From positions 187,488,001-187,552,000 of the forward strand of contig OZ024743.1 of the NCBI GenBank assembly GCA_964016885.1: DNA of 64,000 nt, in the 5' to 3' direction. Every line of letters starts with the position of its first letter. Positions within the stretch are counted from its first letter, which is position 1. The translations under genes and the position numbers were made by a program. This stretch comes from Eledone cirrhosa. Taxonomy: Eukaryota. Shown here piece by piece: positions 27,589 to 40,019 of the stretch. The notes beneath the pieces are model-generated. The model saw only the letters and a program-made list of their open reading frames with translations. It was not told the origin of the DNA and searched no databases.

Positions 27589-28596
27589 ATAATAATAATA
27601 ATAATAATGAAAATATTGTGTACAGTGCTCAGGTGCACTACAACTCATCAAAAAGTGTATGTGTAGTACATAGGGTAATGTACAAACGTCAGGAAAAATG
27701 AACAGTGCATGAGTCATGTGTGCATGTGTGCATGTGTATGGAAGGGGTACACCAGGTGTAGTTTTGGCGAATATCGGGAAGCATGAGGGTTTTAAAGGAT
27801 GCAGTGTCTCGGCAGCTAATAACTGATACAGGCAGTTTGTTCCATGCTTCAGCAACTCTAAGCGTGAAAAAATGTTTCCGAAAGTCATGGGAGCTGTGCT
27901 GTTTTCTGATTTTGTAGGCATGTCCACGTGTGTTAGACACATAGAGATCAAAAAGGTGGTCAGGGTTGTTGTTGGCGAGATGGTTAATAACTTTGTGGGT
28001 GTTTACCAAGTCCAATGCTAGACATCAGAGCTTCAATGAATCGATGCCCAGGGAAGCAAGGCGTTTAGAGTATGGTAGGTGTCTGATGGAGGGTATGCGC
28101 TTGGTTGCACGTCTCTGAACAGTTTGCAGGAGGTCAATGTTCTGAGCAAGATAGGGGTTCCAGACTAATGATGCAAATTCCAAGTGTGGTCGTACCATAG
28201 CTGTATACAGCTTTAAATAGATGGCTGGAGAGTGGCTAACAAAGGTCTTGATGAGTGATGCTAAGACACCCTCGGCCTTCTTGACAATCTTAGAGACATG
28301 CTTTGTCCAACGCAAATCGCTGCTGACAGTAATGTGGAGGGAGTATGTGGACGCTGGATTTTTCCTCCCAAAATGCATGGTGGTACTCTTGTCCACAGCC
28401 AGCTTCAGTTGCCAGTCTGTGATCCATTGCTGCATTGTGTCCAGGTCTGATTGTAGGAAAGAGTTGTATATTTCAGGATCAGTCCTATTGATTTCAAGGT
28501 ATAGCTTGATGTCATCTGCATATTTCAGTACCGTGGCATTCTTTAAGTTGGCATCTATGTCATTAATATATGACACAAACAAAAGGGGACCAAGAG
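27589..28596 (-). mobile_element. CR1-clade LINE, 5'-truncated
   Basis: LGPLLFVSYINDI, KYADDIKLY, RPHLEFASLVWNPY, QRRATK, TRGHAYKI and HFFTLRVAEAWNKLP; (TTA)n tail at 27589-27608. Confidence 0.92.
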
Positions 28597-28846
28597 CACG
28601 TTTAACGATTCTGGATGGGTCCCTTGTTATATATCTCTGAACAAGAGATTTTATCTCGAAATAACAGGACAGATAAATAAATAAGCTAACACATAAGATC
28701 TTGCTTCGTCTTATTTTCCTGTTCATCTATTTCGTATTGTTGTGGCCTTCAAACTTAACATTTTTCTATACCATACAAAATGGTTCAAGCAAGCCACAAT
28801 TTTCTCCTAACTATCTCTCTCTCCCCCTCACTCTCTCTCTCTCTCT

Positions 28847-28895
<49 letters not shown>

Positions 28896-29020
28896 AGAAA
28901 AAGAAATTGAAAATTTATTTTCCTTTACTTTCATCCATGTAGGACATCTTCTTATTTTGTTTAAAAAAAACAACTCATTTTCTTATATATATATATATGT
29001 ATATATATGTAATATATATA

Positions 29021-29285
29021 TATGTAATAAACAACATAAGGCAATTATTTCATTTACCAGTGGTTTCTTAAAAGCAAAAAAATGTTGCTTTCAATCATCA
29101 GAATGAAAAAATCCTGGCGTATTTATTGACGTTGGATTTTAAAAACAAGACCTGTTTTTGTTTTTAAAATCCAACATCAATTAATACGCCAGGATTTTTT
29201 CATTCTGATGATTGAAAGCAAAATTTTTTTTCTTTTAAGAAACCACTGGTAAATGAAATAATTGTCTTATGTTGTTTATTACATA
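29021..29285. repeat. Long inverted repeat (~128-bp arms) with unique tail to ~29355, embedded in (TA)n
   Basis: 29021-29148 is the reverse complement of 29158-29285; contains CTGATGATTGAAAGC (29205-29219). Confidence 0.92.
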
Positions 29286-29359
29286 ACTATTAAGCTCTGT
29301 TACCTACATAGAGCACTCTTTTTTCCTGGATTTTCCGACGGAATTACTTCATTTATATA

Positions 29360-29408
<49 letters not shown>

Positions 29409-29590
29409 GTATGTATATATATAGTGGTATAAAACTGGGAGGTTATATTCGAGGTTGGTAGAGCACTCAGTCCAAAGAACGAATTCGGTATAGAGTTGGT
29501 TCCACCACAAATTACAAACCATAGATCAGAACACGTGTATTAACTATAGTTTGCCAATTTGTTTTGAAACTAACTCTCTGTCTGTCTGTT

Positions 29591-29684
<94 letters not shown>

Positions 29685-29704
29685 CATATACATATATACA
29701 TACA

Positions 29705-30940
29705 TCATTATCATCATCATCATCGTTTAACGTCCATTTTCCATGCTAGCATGGTTCTGGACGGGAATTGTCCCACTTGAGGCAAGATTGGTTGTCTTGC
29801 TCAGGACTGTCTGGCGGGTTTTCTACGGCTGGATGCCCTTCCTGACACCAACCACGTTTACAGTGTGGACTGGGAAGTTTTTACCATGTTACCTACACGG
29901 CCACATTACAGCGTGGACTGTGTTTTTTTGTCGTGACACCTACACAACCTCATTTATTTAGGACTGAATGTTGTGGTACCAACATAACTTTACATCGAAA
30001 GGGGTGGTGTGGATGGCGGTAGGGGTAGAGTTAGTGGGACAGGGGTGTATTTTGGTTAAGAAGTGCCTACTGACTGTAGGTTTCGCTTTGTACTTAGACA
30101 AGGCAGGTCTTCTGTATTACTATGTAGCGCCAAAGATCTCGGTCCAGTGACATTGTCTTGGAGAGGTGTAAGTGTGTGAGGTCGGATTTTATCAGGTCGT
30201 CCCATTTTTTCTGGGTTTGCCTACTCCGTGGCTACCGTCCATTTTGATCGCCCTGCAGTTTTTTATACAGCTGTCGTCTTTCATGCGCATCACGTGACCA
30301 TACCAACGTAGTCTTCTCTCGAGTAAACAACATCTGATCCCTCTTATTCCTAATTTCTCACTTAGTTCATTTATGCTTTGCCGTTCGAGTATATTACTAT
30401 TACACATCCAACAGAGCAAGCAAGCTTCGTTCCTCCCCAGTCTGCTTAGATCCTCTGCACACAATGCCCAGGCCTCACTGCCATGCAACATTGCTGTTCG
30501 TATGCAGGCATCATACAGCCTGCCTTTTATTTTTAGAGAGAAACCTTTAGTGGCCAATAGTGGTATAGCTCTCTGAACTTTTTCCATCCTGTTCTGACTC
30601 TAGATACTGTACTTTCGGAATACCCTCCACCACTGCTGATTTTGTCAAACCAGGTAACGGAAGGTGTCCACTATTTCTATAGAACCATCTGTGCAATGGA
30701 ATGAGCTAGTATTTTTTGGGCACTTGCTGCTACTTATTGAACCAGAGCACCGGCCACATATAAAATCTATGTTCTTAGTTAGCTTACCTGTGATCCCACT
30801 ACATCTTTTATGCACCCATACTTTGCATTTGGGACATAAAATTGAGTTTTTGCCTACTCCTTTCCTACACACTGAGCATGGCCATTTCCCAGATGGGACC
30901 AGTGCCCTATTCTCCTTCCTACATATTAGGACTTTAGTCT
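29705..30940 (-). mobile_element. RTE LINE family A with PHD finger inside RT, 5'-truncated
   Basis: KTKVL...WPCSVC-x10-CPKC-x4-HKRC-x14-CGRC...[10 protein letters not shown], then KGRLYDAC...WYGHVMRM, a 3' UTR module and (GAT)n. Confidence 0.92.
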
Positions 30941-31041
30941 TATATACATACATACATATATGCATATATATATATTTACTACATATAGATGTATGTGTGT
31001 ATGTGTGTGTGGGTATTTGTATGCATTTATGCATATATATA

Positions 31042-31104
<63 letters not shown>

Positions 31105-31114
31105 GTACAAAGCG

Positions 31115-31476
31115 AAACCTAGTCAGTAGTCACCTCTTGACAAATATACACCCAATCCACTACCCCTACCCTATCCTCCCACTTTAACCAACAGCACGAG
31201 AAAATGAGATTGAGATTGTGTAGGTGTGACGACAAAAAAGCACAGTCCACGCTGTAATGTGGCCGTGTAGGTAACATGGTAAAAAGTTCCCAGTTCCACA
31301 CTGTAAATGTGGTTGGTGTTAGGAAGGGCATCCAGCCATAGAAAACCTGCCAGATAGTCCTATATGAGTGAGACACGGTCACCCGACCAGCCTTGCCTCA
31401 AGTGGGACAACTGCCGTCTAACCCATGCTAGCGTGGAAAATGGACGTTAAACGAAGATGATGATGATGATGATGAT
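31115..31476 (+). mobile_element. RTE family A 3' UTR only
   Basis: Reverse-orientation homologue of 29710-30085; ends in (GAT)n. Confidence 0.8.
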
Positions 31477-33336
31477 ACATACATAATTAAATATTGCAAA
31501 AAACATTTTCTTTTCAGTAAATGGGTCTGATAAAATCTGATTTCAGAAGACTTAAAATTAAAAAAGATTTGATTTTTCTGTTTATGCATGAATTTATCTT
31601 AAACAAAGGAGGGTAAAAAGATGGAAAGAAAAAAATGAAGCATTTACTGTGTATGAAGAAGGAAATAGAGACCGAGAAAGATAAGAAGTCTATGCAGAAA
31701 GTGAATAAAAAAAATATATATAAAACTGCATCAACATCAATAAAAAAGAATGTTTCCTACTTAACATAAAAATGTACATGACTTTAAAAGAAGGGAAATT
31801 CGAAACAAAAGATGTTAATGTTCTCTGTAGTTTATTTACGCAGTTTAATGAAAAGAGACATTAACAATTACGATTTTCATATAGACACAATATATTAGTG
31901 TTTAAAGATGGGGCAAACTACAGCACTAGCTGTAGTAGCACAAACAACAACTACAACAAAGGCAAAATATATAATGCCAATAGAAATGTTTTAGAATAGC
32001 GGTTTATTTAATTACTTTTTATATTTATTTATATATTTGTTTATTTTATATTTTGTTTGTTTTGTTATATTTCGATCTTTTATAGTGGGGATTCAGAATT
32101 TGAAGTACCATGAAAGATATATTTTTGAAAAGTTTTGTTCGCTTGTTTGTTTGAATGTTTATCTAAAATATTACTATGGTTCAAAATGCTTTCATCATAG
32201 TGTAATTCTTTTATGAAACAAATTTCTTTCTGAGGAGGAAAAAAAGAATCAAAGAAACTGACAAACAGACAAAATATATATATCTTGTCAGTTACACACA
32301 GACACACAAACCCACTAACTCACGCATACACACACACACAGTGATGGTTCACCAGCTGATGTATGTGTAAAGTAAATGATTACTTAGTGAAATGGTGAAT
32401 GTTGTTAAAGAGATATTTTTTGTGTCCAACCAGTCAATTTTCACATTGAGTTGTAGAATTCTGTAGCAGATGACAGTGAAAAAAAAAAAAAAAAAAAAAG
32501 AATCTGCTTAGTTTCTAAAGCAGCAATGGCCTATAATTTAATCTTCTGAGTACTAAAATCAGCTAGAATCTTTTACCCTTGAAGATAGTTTCATTTATAC
32601 ATGGTCATATTGTTTTAGTAATAAGTAAACACCCACCAAATGACACAGGATGTCATGTTCTTCTTTATTTTATTACAAAAAATTAAATATTCAAATAAAT
32701 ATTACAAGTATTATAGATGGAAATGACTTAAAGAAAAATATTTTCAAAACAATTAATTGCAAATGTTAAATGCATTAAGAGCTGAGAGAATATTGTATTC
32801 CTGGTTTTAAAATGAAACCATGGAAGTATTGAACAATTATTTCAAGACATAAATCATCACCATTGTAATTTTATGCTCACTTTTTCATGCTGGCATTAGT
32901 TGAATGAGGTGTTTTGCTGTTTTACAGTCAAATGATTTTGCTGAAGCTAACCTTTTTAGTTGCCTCTTATAATACATAAGGATACAATGTACCTACTCTA
33001 AAAATCAGGATACACATGGCATGTAAATGTCCGCAGTAAATATTTAATAGAAGTTGAGAAAAGGTAGTGGATATTTAACCAGCCATCAAAAAGAGTAATG
33101 GGTTCAATATTTGAGTTTACTTCTTCACTTTAATATTATCATCAAATCCCAAGGTTAGTCTCTGTTGATTGGAGATTTTTTATTAATTGCTATATTCAGA
33201 CACTAAGACTATTTGTATATATATACTTCATGTAGATTGACCTCCCCACCTACGGCATTTTCACTTACACTTTTGGTAGACACATATATGTGTCCATATT
33301 CTAAGTCTAGCCCCTTTGTTGACAAACTATGCTTTG

Positions 33337-33367
33337 CTGATGAGATCTAATAAGATTGAAACCTGTC
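33337..33367 (+). ncRNA. Hammerhead ribozyme core, probably decayed
   Basis: CTGATGA-GATCT-AATA-AGATT-GAAA-CCTGTC (cf. PLE minimal GAAACCGGTC); stem I pairing is poor. Confidence 0.45.
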
Positions 33368-33649
33368 TGTTGCCTTCACTATGTTGATATATAGACATGA
33401 CCCACTGCCACTACATTAAGCTACTCCAAAAGACTTGGATCAGTCAAGACTTTGGGAATTCTCCCTCTTGCCTGTTTCTCCTCTCTCAAACACCTCTAAA
33501 GATACCTTTATTCTTGGGATTTTGATGTTACTCATTCTTAAATGAAATTCTTTCTCATTTACCATATTTAGACAGCAAGACTATTTGCATTTTATGCAGA
33601 GCATTTTTACACCACCCTTTGTTAACACACACATATCTCTCTTGCTCTC

Positions 33650-33697
33650 TTTCTATCTATCTATCTATCTCTCACACTCTCTCCCCCCTCTCTCTCT

Positions 33698-33734
<37 letters not shown>

Positions 33735-34513
33735 TTTCAACAATGTCAGTATTCCGTGTGTCATAATTCTCGATTATCATTGGTTCATAGGTTTCAAACG
33801 ACTCCTCAACGACGCCAAACTTAAATTAATATGCATAATGCGAACAAGGGACTGAGAGGGGAGAGTAATAAACAGAGAGGCGAAGTGAACGCTGTAACTA
33901 TTACCATGTGTGCATGTGTATGTACGTGCGCGTATGTTTATGTGTGTGTGCGTGCATGCAGCGTTCCACAGTGAACTACAGCGGCGACGGCGTGCAGCCA
34001 GGAATGAAGAAAAACGAGCCGAACAGCCCCATCGGAACACCGAATTTCAGAGGGAAGACGTGCTGCCATGGATGAAGATGAGCTGGCTGAACAACGCCAA
34101 CGAAACACTGGAGCCAAGCAGCGAGGGCGTACTGCGATGGTTGAAGACGAACTGGCAGAGCATCATCTTTTATATTAATTATCTATATCTACATATAATA
34201 TAAAAAATTGGAACTTCCATCATCCTTTTGAGAAACGTGGAACAACCACGTCTATGCAATGATACACAGTCAGGCAAAAGATGAACCATCTCCTACTATT
34301 CTAGGTGGGAGCACCTAGAATTGTTCATATTCTATGCACAAACGGTACAACGAAGAATCTGGTATATCTGGAAGATTTTTTTACTGTTTTTTGTATCACA
34401 GGGACACCACGGACTCGCTTCATACCAGACAAACATCCAATACAGTCATTTTATCTTTTCCCTGTCTTCTCTTATCATCTGTTTACCCAGGCGAAGCTGG
34501 GTACGTCAGCTAG
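33650..34513 (+). mobile_element. Internally deleted Helitron with RepHel remnants
   Basis: Charged N-terminal repeats (RRAAMDEDELAEQRQRNT), helicase motif KIGTSIILLRNVEQPRLCNDT (34204-34266) and C-terminal VGAPRIVHILCTNGTTKNLVY. 3' hairpin ACCCAG-GCGAAG-CTGGGT (34485-34502) then CTAG|T. The 5' boundary is approximate. Confidence 0.88.
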
Positions 34514-34517
34514 TATA

Positions 34518-34658
34518 TGTAAGTATGTTTTGAAACAGTGAGCAAGTTTGAAATTAGAAAATAGGAGCTTTCACCATATTTTTTGACTAAAGAAATTTTA
34601 GCTTGATAGTGGGGTTTAGAACCCTCAGAGAAATGGAAAAAGTTGAGTATTGACGTAC

Positions 34659-34660
<2 letters not shown>
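34518..34660. repeat. Unclassified ~145-bp dispersed repeat
   Basis: Second copy at 63827-63968 in the same orientation; both abut microsatellites. Confidence 0.8.
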
Positions 34661-34725
<65 letters not shown>

Positions 34726-35649
34726 TAAAAAAAGGGTTTATAGTAAGTAGTTATTGTTTTAAAAGCAAAATGCCAATGTATTATTCCAACAAGTCTGAAG
34801 GTGCCAAAACACTAAACCTGACAGAGTAATAAATAAGCAAGCTATGAAGAGCTGAACATTCTTATGAACATACTCATATTAACATAAATGTATTCTTCAT
34901 CATCTTTTCATCTATGTTTCCTAAAATAAATTGGTTCAATGGAACTTCCCCATCATAGTATCTTCCCACTTGTTGTTGTTCTTTTTCAAGAAGTTCAACT
35001 TTCTGAGATTAGCCCCCAGCATCTCTTTGCATCTCATTTCCAGTCTTTCTTTCCTATATGTTCTTTCTACTTAAATCACTTGGCATTTCTTTATTCAACT
35101 GACTATATCTGTGTAGTCCTCTATCTTACACACTACATGTGATTCCTCTACTATATAGTTTTTCTCTCGGCTTATTTGTGCTCTCTTTCATACACTCTAA
35201 CATTACTCAGTCAACAACTCATGATTGTCACATTTCTTTTCAGTCTTCATAAATCCTCTGCATTCAATGTGCATAGTTTGCAGCCATGTGCAACTAACTG
35301 TCATTTGCTAGACAAAATTGAGCATTAATACCTGAATTTAAACTGACAACTAGTGATTGAAATTCAGCTTCTATTTTAAAGAGCACTTAGTTTCATGTTA
35401 GATTAGATTATTCAATGACAATGAAACACAAGGTGAAACATTTAATAGTTAGCGATTTACTTACCACAACATTTATTTATTCCTGGGCAGATACATATTA
35501 CATTCTCTTTGACTAGGAAATTATACAATATTTTGGTTAGAGTAGTCAATATGAAAAGGGTTAGAAAACAAGGAGAATATTAACACTAAAATATTGTATA
35601 TAACAAAGTATTGAAATAATATTATAAATCTATAATCATTATAATTAGG

Positions 35650-36260
35650 GTAACTTTGCCTTTCATCCTTACGGGGTCAATAAAATAAAGTACCAGTAAT
35701 GTACTGGATAATTGCTGGCCTTGTGCCAACAGTAGAAACAATAATAATTAGTGCAGTGGATTGGCAGTATCGGTAGAGGGTCGGACGCCATGCTTTGATG
35801 CATAGAGTTACGGCCCTTTCCATTCTGAGTTCAAATACCGCCGAGGTCAACTTTGCCTTTCATCCTTACGGGGTCGATAAAATAAAGTACCAGTAATGTA
35901 CTGGGTAATTGCTGGCCTTGTGCCAAAGGTAGAAACAATTATAATTAATGGTAACAGGATTCTAATGATACAATAATATAACGATTTTATTGATGTGTCA
36001 GTTTAATTATTGTAGCATTACTAATTATTAGGTAAGGGCAGTGAATTGGCAGTATTGGGAGAGCATCGGATAATTTGCTTTGTAGCAAAACGTTATGGTT
36101 CTTAATGTTATGATTTCAAATCTCATTAAGGTTAGCTTTGCTTTTCATCCTAACAGTGTCAATAAAATAAAGTACCAATAATGCACTGAGGTTAATTTAA
36201 TCGACTCTTCCACCTTAGTTCCAAATTGCTGGCGTTGTGGAAGAAATAGAAACAATTATT
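35650..36260 (+). mobile_element. Cluster of three SINE family 2 copies
   Basis: Partial 35650-35748, full 35755-35945 and an older variant 36035-36260. Confidence 0.85.
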
Positions 36261-38025
36261 AGCTATTAGGTGATGAGAGAAAATGATCAGGTCAATTTTT
36301 CTCCTCAACTATCCACCCACAGGTGATAAATTACTTCAAGGAAATTGTGGGTGATTTTACAAATATATTTCAAAGTAACCATAATGTCATAGTTGTGAAA
36401 AACTATGGAATTACAATGGATCTAGCAAGTATGTATATAGTGTATTAGAAGCAGAAGGGCAAAATAGTATAATTTGAGTATATTTTAAGCCCCTATGATT
36501 GTACATATGTTCTTTTTATTTGGAAAATTACTTTAGATTGAAACCAAGATAAAAATATTCATAATAATGTAATTAGTGTATATACTTGGATATAAGTGAA
36601 TATAATCTGATTTGAATATAAGCTGAGTCCTCTATTTTATATGTGAGAAATGGGCAAAATCCAAACCCCATTTATAAGCCGAGGCATCTAATCAACAGGT
36701 TATCGTGCAGATGAGTAGAGAAAATATTTACAAAGTTTTAATAATTTGACATTTAAAATGTTTTAAGTGTTGTTTAGAGTCCATGGTTAGTTTAAGGTAT
36801 TATTGAAAAAGCATTTTCTTTAACCATCAGAGAGATCAATAAAAACACAAACAAGGTGGGGTTCGAAATGAATAGGAAATAGTTGAAAGAGATCAAATAA
36901 AAGAACACTTTATAAGGATTCAGAGTAGAAGGGGGAGGAAGAGAAACATGTGAGAGAAGAAGCAGAGTGAGTAAAAGAGAAGTTGTGAGTGAGAGTAAGG
37001 AGAGAAAGTAAGTGAAATAAAACAAAACAAGATTGAAAAATAAATTATAATTAAGACACAGAGAAAAACAGTCAGTGGACGTGTGCATGTGTGTATATGT
37101 ATGTATGTGTGTGCATGCATGTGTGCATATATGTGTAAGGATTGTTTATATATTAAGTTCAAATAATAAAAAATTGTTGGGAATCTTCTCAAGGCAATGC
37201 ATTGATAAAACTCATGATATTGTAAAGGTAGAAAAAGAGTGTTTCATTGTGAAATAATACCTCCAGATATTTTAGCACCTTATTTACATAGAATTGGAAG
37301 TTGGTGATATTCGTCAAAATATTGACCATGAAGATATGCTAAGCCTCCATTTTACCATCGATTTTTTGGTCACATATTCCTTGGTTTATATTTGAGTATA
37401 TACAGTAGATTCTAGAATATTTCATGGGGTTTATATATAAATGATATGGACTGGAAATTCAAACAAGAAGAATGGCTTAAACATGTGTTATGTGTATCAG
37501 GGTGTATATGTAAGTAGTGTGGTTATTGTTTAACCTCAGGTCATATCTTATGAAGCAGATGGGCTGGTAAAACCTTGAATGTCTTAACCGTTCTAGATTT
37601 TTGCCTTTGTGTCAGAGCCCGAACTTGGCTTCAAAATATAATCAAACATAGAGGAACAAATACTTTTTGTTTCCTAATAAATGTATAGATAATCTATAAG
37701 AATCCAATAAAAATGATAAATGAATCAATAAATAGATACATTCTTTCCTTTACTTTCATGACCTCTTCTTCATGGTTTACATATAATTTATCATCCCCTT
37801 TGTGTAAGACATCCGTTATTCTCTTTACATGGGATTAAAAATAGAAGTAAATATCGTTCCACAACACAAAGTAATCTAAGGTATGTCAAGCAAAATAAAA
37901 GACATGTTTTGATTATTTCCCAAGTGTCATCTAGGTGTAAGCATAGATGATTATTTGTTTTTGTTTATTTTCTTCATGTATTTCATTCTAATATATATAC
38001 ACACATATATATATGTGTGTGTGTG

Positions 38026-38917
38026 TGTAAATCTAGCTAAGACAAAAGTGCTGATGAGTAGAAAAGAGGACAAAACCCTGATTCCGTCAGGGAAATAGCC
38101 ATGTTCGATATGCAGAAAAGGAACTGGCATAAATTCTATAAAATGCACACAATGCAGGTCCTGGGTACACAAGAGATGTAGCGGGATAGCAGGCAAACTA
38201 ACAGGTAGGGAGAAATATGTATGCAGTAGATGTACAGGGAAATTAGACAGTAGAAGTCGCACTGATAGACACATTTTTCAAATGCGAGAGGGCGCTATAG
38301 AAGTGGTGGATAGCTTCCGGTACCTAGGAGATCAGATTAGCATGGGAGGAGGGTGTTCCGAGGCCATAGTATCTAGAATAAGGACGGGTTGGAAGAAGTT
38401 TAGGGAGCTGCTTCCTCTGTTGATGAAGAAGGGTTTCTCCCTGCGTACGAAAGGCCGGTTGTATGATGCCTGTGTGAGGAGCGCGATGCTGCATGGTAGT
38501 GAGACATGGGCAGCAACCGCAGAGGATATGCGACGGCTGGAGAGAAATGAGGCAAGCATGCTCCGTTGGATGTGCAGTGTAAATGTGCGTGAACGACCCA
38601 GCATAAATGTGTTGAGAGAGAAACTGTGTCTGAGAGGGATAGAATGTAGTGTACGGGAGAGGAGACTGAGGTGGTATGGATATGTGATGCACATGGAGGA
38701 TGACCGATGGGTGAAGAAGTGCCAGGAAATGCCAGTTGAAGGAAGACGTGGTAGAGGTAGACCACGAAAAACATGGGCGGAGGTGGTGAGAACAGACCTC
38801 AGATCATTGAAGCTCACGGTGGAGATGACGAGGGACCGTGACGAGTGGAGAGATGCTGTGCTGAATAAGACCCGTCCCACCCTTGCGGACGTAAAATGAT
38901 GATGATGATGATGATGA
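38026..38917 (+). mobile_element. RTE LINE family B with PHD finger inside RT, 5'-truncated
   Basis: VNLAKTKVL...*PCSIC-x10-CTQC-x4-HKRC-x14-CSRC is in frame with ORF 38282-38899 (FRYLG...WYGYV...GRPRKTW); (GAT)n follows the stop. Confidence 0.93.
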
Positions 38918-38943
38918 TATATATATATGTATATATACATACA

Positions 38944-38980
<37 letters not shown>

Positions 38981-40019
38981 GTACCCACATTTACATACAT
39001 ATAAATCAATGCATACATGATTATACACTATCTTTCCAGAAGATATATATTCATAGACACCCTCTCTATCAATGTATCTACGTACATACATATATATTTA
39101 TCCAAAATTTCATCCATTCATCCATCTAATTATTTCACTTCCTTTATCTATTTCCTCTTTCTTTCTCTCCATTATATACAATTGTGCTGATGAAATAAAA
39201 AAAAAGATAGTACTTTCATTATTGCATACTTCCATTCCTTAATGCTTTCATCACAGTATGCATTTTATTTGCATTTATGATTAGACTAAACTCATAAATT
39301 ATCTCATCATACCTTCCAATTCCTAAAAACGAATGAATAATATCAATAAGTATAAATTTTCACTTTTATAAATTTTCTATGGTATTGTAATATCATTTTC
39401 ATAACTAGGACTTCCATATAAAAATCATATGAACCAATATAATCATAATCTACACTTTGAAAATGCATCTCTGTGAAATATGCAATGTTTGGAAATTGTG
39501 AGGAAACAAAGTATGATGGGGTGCTAAATTTTAGTTAAAGCTAATTCATATTTCACAAGTAACTTTTCCTGTGCACTTTATAGAATATATGACTGTATGT
39601 TTGGATGGTCAGTAGTCTCGCTTCAGTACTGACATTGTTTATGTAGACCTATCCAACCCTTGCTAGCAGGAAAAGCAAACATGAAACGATGATGATGATG
39701 ATGATACTGAAGCAAACATACAGTGAGCTAGAACTATAATAATTTACTAAATTATGAGATGATTTTAGAATGAAGAAATCATATTTATTTCTTAATATGC
39801 CTTATAGAAAAGACACAAGTTCCATTGCCTATTGAGTCTTAACAAGGACCTTAAACAGATAGAACTTTCTGCCAGCTTCAAAAGTCATTGCCAAACTAAC
39901 GTTCGTAGGAACAACCAACTGTGAGTCAACTGCTCAGCAATGATCATGCTTGTCTGATGAGACGACAGCCATCATGTATGTATGTTCTTCTGGTTTTATA
40001 ATTTCACAAATTTTAACCA

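Noticed and set aside
38051-38070. CTGATGAGTAGAAA as a hammerhead
   Set aside because: It lies in RTE coding sequence (LMSRK) and has no stems.
38332-38940. 202-aa antisense ORF (similar ones at 743-1048 and 28221-28640)
   Set aside because: These are shadows of LINE ORFs on the opposite strand.
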